This document shows, piece after piece, positions 58,240 to 64,000 of a stretch of DNA of 64,000 nucleotides (positions are counted from its first letter, which is position 1; the number at the start of each line of letters is the position of its first letter). Source of the stretch: Polyangiales bacterium. Its GTDB lineage: Bacteria; Myxococcota_A; Polyangia; Polyangiales; Polyangiaceae. The stretch covers positions 1 through 64,000 of the forward strand of contig JBBRNJ010000017.1 of the NCBI GenBank assembly GCA_038230375.1, written 5' to 3'. The position numbers and the translations under genes are program-made. The notes below the pieces were generated by a model. The model saw nothing but the letters and a program-made list of their open reading frames with translations, had not been told where the DNA came from and searched no databases.

Positions 58240-59405
58240 CGGCCTTGCGCGGCGCATACGGCAGCATGGCCGTGACTGGCATGTCCGTGCTCTCCGCAGC
58301 AGGCATGGGCAAGGACCTCTTCTTCGCCGCCCTCGTGAAGGGCGAGCCCACGCGACCTTCCCCCGTCCAGGATCTGCACGCGTTCGATGCTGCGGCGTAC
58401 GACGCGCCGAACATCGTCGAAGTGAAGGGCTTCGACCCCACCGTGCTGCTCGGCGACAAGGGGCTCCGCACGCTCGACCGCATCACGAAGCTGCTCATCG
58501 TGGCCGCCCGCATGTGCCTCCACGACGCCGGATTCAAGGTGGATGGACAGTGGCAGAAGAGCGAGCCCACGAAGGTCGGCTTCGTGTGCTCGAACGCGTA
58601 CGGCAGCCTGGAGGCGATCACCGAGCTCGATCGGGTGGCCCTCCTCGAGGACGCTCGCTACATCAACCCAGCGAAGTTCCCGAACACGGTCTCCAACAGC
58701 GCCGCGGGCTACGTGAGCATCTGGGAAGATCTGCGCGCGCTCAACGTGAGCGTGTCCAATGGCAACCCCGGAGCGCTCGACGCAGTCGGCATTGCGGAGG
58801 TGCACCTGGCGAGCGGGCGCGCGGACGCGCTCATCACGGGCGGTGGCGAGGCCATGTGCGAGGCGCTGTTCCTTGCATTCAAGAAGCTCGGCGCGCTGCG
58901 CTCACCGGGCTTCTGCCTGGGCGAAGGCGCTGCAATGGTGTGCCTTGAGCCGGAGCTCTCCGCGGAGTCGCGCGGCGCAACGATCCTCGCGCGCGTCACC
59001 GGCTACGGGACACACTTTGCTGCCCCCAAGGACGACGCGCTCCTTCACCCATCCGAGGAAGCCATGGGCACCGCCATCGAGCAAGCGCTCGAGAGCGCCG
59101 ACGTTTCCGCGAAGGACGTGGACCTCGTGATCTCCGGTCTATCGGGCCTGGCGCCGTTCGATGCGGCGGAGCTCGGCGCCATCCACGGTTCGATCGGCAG
59201 GACCGCAAACATCTTCGCTCCGAAGAAGCTTGTCGGCGAGTCACTCGGCGCGTCGGGCGCGCTCGCGCTGGTCGCAGCGGTGCACGCGCGGAACGGCGGC
59301 GGGCTCGGACGAATGGAAGCCGGCCACGCGGTGTCGCGACCGCGGCATGTGCTCGTGACGTCGCTCGGCTACTACGGCAATGCCTCTGCCCTCGTCACCT
59401 CCTGA
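58236..59405 (+). CDS. Ketosynthase-like partner lacking the catalytic triad (chain-length-factor-like)
   Basis: KS fold (AVTG, FPNTVSN, GEGA) but the Cys position reads SNGNPG, HGTGT reads SGLSGL and GH reads GE; GTGA overlap with the KS gene. Confidence 0.82.
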   Translation: MTALRGAYGSMAVTGMSVLSAAGMGKDLFFAALVKGEPTRPSPVQDLHAFDAAAYDAPNIVEVKGFDPTVLLGDKGLRTLDRITKLLIVAARMCLHDAGFKVDGQWQKSEPTKVGFVCSNAYGSLEAITELDRVALLEDARYINPAKFPNTVSNSAAGYVSIWEDLRALNVSVSNGNPGALDAVGIAEVHLASGRADALITGGGEAMCEALFLAFKKLGALRSPGFCLGEGAAMVCLEPELSAESRGATILARVTGYGTHFAAPKDDALLHPSEEAMGTAIEQALESADVSAKDVDLVISGLSGLAPFDAAELGAIHGSIGRTANIFAPKKLVGESLGASGALALVAAVHARNGGGLGRMEAGHAVSRPRHVLVTSLGYYGNASALVTS

Positions 59406-59787
59406 CGTTGCCCACGCGGCGGACGCCGCTCGAAATCGCCTGGTTTGGGCCAAAATCATGAGCTTTGTCGGGCGGCAGCATGCCCTCCCGGACCTGGTCG
59501 GTGGCCCAGCTGTGCGATGGCACGAAATCGCATTTCGGACGCCGGTCGGGGCGGCGGCCGCTTACGCAACATGGGTGCAAGATTCACGTTTCTTTTTCGC
59601 GCGTGGCGTTATCCTTTTTGAGTGAGGTGGCGGTGGAGGAGGCCGCGACGAAGGATGATGCGAGTGAGCCGGAAGGGCGAACGACTTGCCCGCGCCGAGC
59701 GACCGACTGGAGTGAAGGCATGAGCTTGCGAGTCAGCCCGCATCGCGAGCGCCGCGCCTGTGCCGAGCGACCGAAGGGAGTGTATGG

Positions 59788-60132
59788 ATGAACATCGCGA
59801 TCACGTTCCGACAGATGGAAGCCACCGAGTCCATGAAGTCCTACGCACAGGACAAAGTCGGCAAGCTGCAGAAGTTCCTGCGCCAACCCATCAAGGGGCA
59901 CGTCACCTTGATGTGCCAGAAGACCATTCAATCAGCCGAGGTTGATGTACACGCAGGCGGTGAGCACTTCCACGCAGCGGAAACGTCGGAGGACATGTAT
60001 GCCTCCATCGACAAGGTGATCGACAAACTCGAGGCGCAGATTCGCAAGACGAACGGCGTCGTGGTCGCCAAGAAGAAGGGCGCAGAGCGCGCCTCGGAGC
60101 GCCTCCTTCCAGAAGGTGCCGAAGACGAGTAG
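59788..60132 (+). CDS. hpf: Ribosome hibernation promoting factor (short HPF/RaiA)
   Basis: MNIAITFRQMEATESMKSYAQDKVGKL, DMYASIDKVIDKLEAQIRK. Confidence 0.92.
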   Translation: MNIAITFRQMEATESMKSYAQDKVGKLQKFLRQPIKGHVTLMCQKTIQSAEVDVHAGGEHFHAAETSEDMYASIDKVIDKLEAQIRKTNGVVVAKKKGAERASERLLPEGAEDE

Positions 60133-60161
60133 AAGGAAGGAAGCTAGACAGTCCTTCGCAA

Positions 60162-60207
60162 CTTGAAGACGCGCCCCTTGCGGTGGGGGTGGGGCGCGCT
60201 CTTCAAG
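60162..60207 (+). terminator. GC-rich hairpin between hpf and ptsN (terminator or stability element)
   Basis: CTTGAAGA-CGCGCCCC ... GGGGCGCG-c-TCTTCAAG inverted repeat; no clear U-tract. Confidence 0.45.
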
Positions 60208-60222
60208 GGTCCCGAGAATTCA

Positions 60223-60771
60223 ATGCGACTCGCCGAACTCCTCAGCCCCGACCGCATCGCCATCCGTAGGTCCTCGTCCGCGCCAGACTCGAAGGGCGCG
60301 AAGCTGGACAAGCCGGGTGCACTTCATGAGTTGGCAGGCATGCTGGGACGCGGAACAAGCACGGATGCAGCAGAGGTGGAGCGCGTGCTCGCGGAGCGCG
60401 AGGCGCTTCAGTCCACGGGTATCGGCGAAGGCGTCGCGATTCCGCATGGCGCGCTTGCGGACGTGTCCAGCCAGTGCGCGGCGTTGCTCCTGGTGCCGGA
60501 CGGCCTGGACTTCTCCTCCATCGACGAGCGGGCCGTCCACATCCTCTTTGCGGTGGTGGGCCCGAAGAAGGCGACCGGTGAGCACCTCCGCACGCTCGCG
60601 CGTGTCTCACGTCTGCTGAAGAGCGCAGAGTTCCGCGGCAAGCTGCTCTCGCAAGACAACCCGACCGCCGCGTTCGATCTGATCGCCACCGAGGAGTCCA
60701 ACACGCTCGCGCCCGCGCCGTATCGCGACGCTGGTAACGGCACTGACGGGGAGCGGGGGGGAAAGACTTGA
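60223..60771 (+). CDS. ptsN: PTS EIIA(Ntr)-like protein
   Basis: ERE..STGIGEGVAIPHG, DF.SID, HLRTLARVSRLL. Confidence 0.9.
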   Translation: MRLAELLSPDRIAIRRSSSAPDSKGAKLDKPGALHELAGMLGRGTSTDAAEVERVLAEREALQSTGIGEGVAIPHGALADVSSQCAALLLVPDGLDFSSIDERAVHILFAVVGPKKATGEHLRTLARVSRLLKSAEFRGKLLSQDNPTAAFDLIATEESNTLAPAPYRDAGNGTDGERGGKT

Positions 60772-61904
60772 TCGCCGCGCCGGCTTCGGTCCCACCGCCG
60801 CCGCAGCACGTGACGGTGGGCGAGTTTGCGACGGACCCAAGGCTCGGCATCGCGCTCACGCTGATCGCTGGTGCCGCCGGCACGAACAGGCCGCTGCGAC
60901 ATCCGCGCGTGCAGAAGAGCGGGCTCGCGCTCGCAGGCCACTACTACGGCGTTGTCCCCACACGCGTGCAGGTCTTCGGCGAGACGGAGCTGTCGTACCT
61001 GGACAGCATCACGCCCGAGGCACGCAGCCTCTCCTGTCGTGGCTTCTTCGCGCTTGGCCTCTCGTGCGTGGTCCTGACGCGCGAGGGCTCGCCGCAGAGG
61101 GCGCTTGCCGCCGCCGCCGAGGCCACGAGCACGCCGCTCTACATCTCCGACGCGCGCACCTCCAAGACCATCAACGCCGTGCACGCCACCCTGGACGAGC
61201 GGCTTGCGCCGAGCACGCAACTGCACGGCGTGCTGGTCGACGTGTTCGGTGTCGGGCTGCTCCTCCTTGGCAAGAGCGGGATCGGCAAGAGCGAGTGCGC
61301 TGTCGAGCTCGTGCTCCGCGGCCACCGCCTCGTTGCGGACGACGTGGTTCGCTGCGACTGGCGCCCACCCGGCATGGTGTTCGGCGCGCCCGCGGATCTC
61401 CTCCGCCACCACGTAGAGGTGCGCGGCCTTGGCATCTTGAACCTGAAGGAGATGTTCGGCGTCACGGCCGTGCGCGAGCGAAAGCGCATTGACGTGGTCG
61501 TGAAGCTCGAGGAATGGAACGAGAGCGCGGAGTACGATCGCCTCGGCATCACGGACCAGTTCCACCCCATCCTCGGCCAGCCCATCCGCATGCTCACCGT
61601 GCCGGTGCGACCCGCGCGCGACATGGGGTCGATCCTGGAGATGGCCGCGCGAAACGAGCTCCTCCGTCGCGCCGGAAAGAACCCCGCGAAGGACTTCATC
61701 AACCGCGTGGAGGGCGCACGCACAGCCGAGCTCAACGCCATCGTCGACGCACCCGAGAGCGTCGCGGGCCCCGTCGTGATCGCCTCCGAGGCCGACATCG
61801 TACCGCCGCCGAACAGCAGCCTTGCCCGCGGAGAGCCCGCGCGCCTGACGGAGAGCTCTGCGTGGATCCCGGCCGTGCGCCCCCGCACGGATGGTGACTC
61901 GTGA
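60768..61904 (+). CDS. hprK: HPr kinase/phosphorylase
   Basis: GLALAG, LHGVLVDVFGVG, GKSGIGKSE, LVADD, EVRGLGI, YDRLG. Confidence 0.95.
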   Translation: MIAAPASVPPPPQHVTVGEFATDPRLGIALTLIAGAAGTNRPLRHPRVQKSGLALAGHYYGVVPTRVQVFGETELSYLDSITPEARSLSCRGFFALGLSCVVLTREGSPQRALAAAAEATSTPLYISDARTSKTINAVHATLDERLAPSTQLHGVLVDVFGVGLLLLGKSGIGKSECAVELVLRGHRLVADDVVRCDWRPPGMVFGAPADLLRHHVEVRGLGILNLKEMFGVTAVRERKRIDVVVKLEEWNESAEYDRLGITDQFHPILGQPIRMLTVPVRPARDMGSILEMAARNELLRRAGKNPAKDFINRVEGARTAELNAIVDAPESVAGPVVIASEADIVPPPNSSLARGEPARLTESSAWIPAVRPRTDGDS

Positions 61905-62911
61905 CGGGCCCGATCGACCGACCTTCGGAGCGAGGTGGAAAGCCCGTGGTCGCAGTGATCACCGGACTGTCGGGCGCAGGTCGCTCGACGGCGCTGCATG
62001 CGCTCGAGGACCTTGGCTTCTTCTGCATCGACAACCTGCCCACGGTGCTCGCGCCAGAGGCAGTGAAGCTCTGCGAGCGCGGCGGCATGTCGCGCGTGGC
62101 GCTCGGCATCGATGTGCGCGTACGCGCGTTCCTGGGCTCCGTGGGTGAGACCCTTGCCAAGATCGAGAGCGACGGCGCGCGCGATCTTCATGTCATCTTC
62201 CTGGATGCCTCCGATGAGGCCATCCTTCAGCGCTTCAGCGAGACGCGACGCCCACACGCACTTGCCACCGGACGCGACGGCGCCGGCGGCGTCCTTGACG
62301 GCGTCCAGATCGAGCGCGAGCGCCTCTCCCCTCTTCGTGCGCGTGCGACCCGCGTGATCGACACCACGCGGCTCAGCGTCCACGAGCTGCGACGTCAGAT
62401 CGTGGCGGAGTTCGGCCCCGCTGGCGAGGGCGCCACGCCGATGCAAGTTCGCGTCGTGTCGTTCGGCTTCAAGTATGGCGCGCCGGTGGATGCCGATCTG
62501 GTGTTCGACGTGCGCTTTCTGAAGAACCCGTTCTTCGTGCCCGACCTGCGACCGCTGACGGGGCAGGACGCGCGCGTCTCGAAGTTCGTGATGGAGCTCC
62601 CCGAGACGGCGGAGTTCCTTGAGCACACGATCCGCCTCCTCAAGTACGTGCTCCCCAAGTACGAGCGCGAGGGCAAGAGCTACCTCACGATCGGCGTGGG
62701 CTGCACGGGCGGACGGCATCGCTCCGTGACGCTCGCCAATGCGATCGGTAGGGAGCTAGGCGCGGCCGTGGTTCATCGCGACATCTCGCGCGAGCCCCCG
62801 CCGTCGCAGCCGCGGCCGCCAATGGCAATGGACCACGCAACCCAGAGCGAGCTCGCGGCGGAGCTCTCCCCGCTACCTCAGGCTGCAACGGAGACACCCC
62901 ATCGTGACTGA
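61901..62911 (+). CDS. rapZ: RNase adapter protein RapZ (P-loop NTPase)
   Basis: GLSGAGRST, DNLP, DVR, FSETRRPH, SFGFKYG, DVRFLKNP, GCTGGRHRSV. Confidence 0.95.
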   Translation: MTGPIDRPSERGGKPVVAVITGLSGAGRSTALHALEDLGFFCIDNLPTVLAPEAVKLCERGGMSRVALGIDVRVRAFLGSVGETLAKIESDGARDLHVIFLDASDEAILQRFSETRRPHALATGRDGAGGVLDGVQIERERLSPLRARATRVIDTTRLSVHELRRQIVAEFGPAGEGATPMQVRVVSFGFKYGAPVDADLVFDVRFLKNPFFVPDLRPLTGQDARVSKFVMELPETAEFLEHTIRLLKYVLPKYEREGKSYLTIGVGCTGGRHRSVTLANAIGRELGAAVVHRDISREPPPSQPRPPMAMDHATQSELAAELSPLPQAATETPHRD

Positions 62912-62963
62912 GAGGCGCGCTCCAATCATGCTAGAAGAGGCTCTCGAAGGGGGCTTGTGAGCC

Positions 62964-63239
62964 ATGGCGGAGACGCGCGAAGACTTCACGATCGTGAACA
63001 AGCTCGGCCTGCATGCGCGGGCCGCGACGAAGCTCGTGCAGCTCGCGTCCAAGTTCCCGTGTGAAGTGGAGCTGAGCTACGAGGGCCAGAGCGTCAACGC
63101 AAAGAGCGTGATGGGTGTGCTCCTCCTCTGTGGCTCCATGGGCGCCGTGGTCAGCGTGACCGCGCGAGGCGAGAAATCGCTCGAATGCGTCACTGCCATC
63201 GGCGACCTGATACGCGGCAAGTTCGGGGAGAGCGAGTGA
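62964..63239 (+). CDS. ptsH: Phosphocarrier protein HPr
   Basis: GLHARAA (His15) and NAKSVMG (Ser46). Confidence 0.95.
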   Translation: MAETREDFTIVNKLGLHARAATKLVQLASKFPCEVELSYEGQSVNAKSVMGVLLLCGSMGAVVSVTARGEKSLECVTAIGDLIRGKFGESE

Positions 63240-64000
63240 CCGGGGGCAAGAGAGACTCCAGGGTCCCGAGCGCGCCTCCGACACTGCCTCCGGGTGCGCT
63301 GCTTGGCCGCGAGCCGATCACGCTTCGAGGCATCGCGGGGTCCGCCGGTGTAGCCGTTGGCAAGGCAGTCGTCCTGGGCGACGCCACCGCGCAGATCGTC
63401 CGCAAACACATCGCCAGCTCGCACATCGCCGACGAGGTCGCGCGGCTCCATACGGCGGTGCATGCCGCGAAGGACGCCGTCCGCGAGATCGAGGCGCGGC
63501 TGACCGGTATCGGGCCCGAGACCACCACCATCCTCGAGGCGTATCAGCTGATGCTGAGCGACCCGCTGCTGCTCACCGCGGTGGAGAAGAAGGTGCGCAA
63601 CGAGAAGAAGTGCGCCGAGTGGGCCGTGGTCGAGGCGAAGGAAGAGATCGCCGCTGCGTTCGGCCCCACGGAGACGAACGACAGGGACGCCTACATCGCT
63701 GCGCGACGCCACGACGTCGAGTTCGTCTGCGACCGGCTCCTGCGTGCGCTGGTCGGGGCTCCTCACGCCGTGCTCGATCTGGACGAACCTTCCATCATCG
63801 TCGCAAAGGATCTCTCGCCAGCAGACACGGCGAGCATGACCAAGATGCCGGTCCTTGGCTTCCTGACCGAGATCGGGTCACGGACCAGCCACACCGCGAT
63901 CATGGCGCGCGCGCTGGAGATCCCGTGCGTCGTGGGTGTCCAGGACGCGATGAGCCAGGTGCGCACGGGCGACACCGTCATCGTGGACGGCCTGTCTGGC
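63236..64000 (+). CDS. ptsI: PEP-protein phosphotransferase (Enzyme I), 3'-truncated by window edge
   Basis: Not in the ORF track because it has no stop in the window. From GTG 63236: LRGIAGSAGVAVGKA, YIAARRHDV, IIVAKDLSPADT, GSRTSHTAIMARALEIP, IVDG. Confidence 0.93.
   Translation, partial: MTGGKRDSRVPSAPPTLPPGALLGREPITLRGIAGSAGVAVGKAVVLGDATAQIVRKHIASSHIADEVARLHTAVHAAKDAVREIEARLTGIGPETTTILEAYQLMLSDPLLLTAVEKKVRNEKKCAEWAVVEAKEEIAAAFGPTETNDRDAYIAARRHDVEFVCDRLLRALVGAPHAVLDLDEPSIIVAKDLSPADTASMTKMPVLGFLTEIGSRTSHTAIMARALEIPCVVGVQDAMSQVRTGDTVIVDGLSG

Noticed and set aside
59518..59533. Sigma54 promoter TGGCACG...GC upstream of hpf
   Set aside because: GG-to-GC spacing is 9 nt instead of the required 10.
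59620..59787. Known raiA-motif ncRNA
   Set aside because: I could not recognise its conserved sequence features by eye, and it is described from other phyla; kept only as an unassigned leader candidate.

Overview
High-GC (roughly two-thirds G+C by eye) bacterial chromosome segment. Gene content and style suggest a Myxococcota/Polyangiales-like organism (inference): Ser/Thr kinase, PP2C phosphatase, many Cys-rich lipoproteins, a large TPR protein, IgGFc-binding and IPT/TIG lipoproteins. Housekeeping genes: hutI (5'-partial), a simple-sugar/nucleoside ABC transporter, ddl, rpsA, lspA-lgt-folD, a type-2 ileS, and hpf-ptsN-hprK-rapZ-ptsH-ptsI (3'-partial). Accessory or unusual parts: (1) an orphan SctV/FlhA export-gate gene; (2) a ~12.8-21.8 kb plastic region of Cys-rich lipoproteins and gene remnants, including a back-to-back junction between a nucleotidyltransferase-like fragment and an internally deleted S53 protease; (3) an Flp-pilin-like protein with a Gly-rich linker and a second membrane anchor; (4) a divergent FAAL-ACP-ACP / KS-CLF lipid or polyketide cluster with a shared upstream TTGCCCG-N4-TTGCA motif; (5) an IleRS with HNGH/KESKG signatures and a ~115-aa insertion; (6) same-strand intergenic (TCGACY)n hexamer arrays; (7) several genes with a -10 box only 6-9 nt before the start codon, suggesting leaderless transcripts. 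No rRNA, tRNA, CRISPR array or intact transposase/integrase was recognised. All assignments come from reading motifs by eye; no database search was run.
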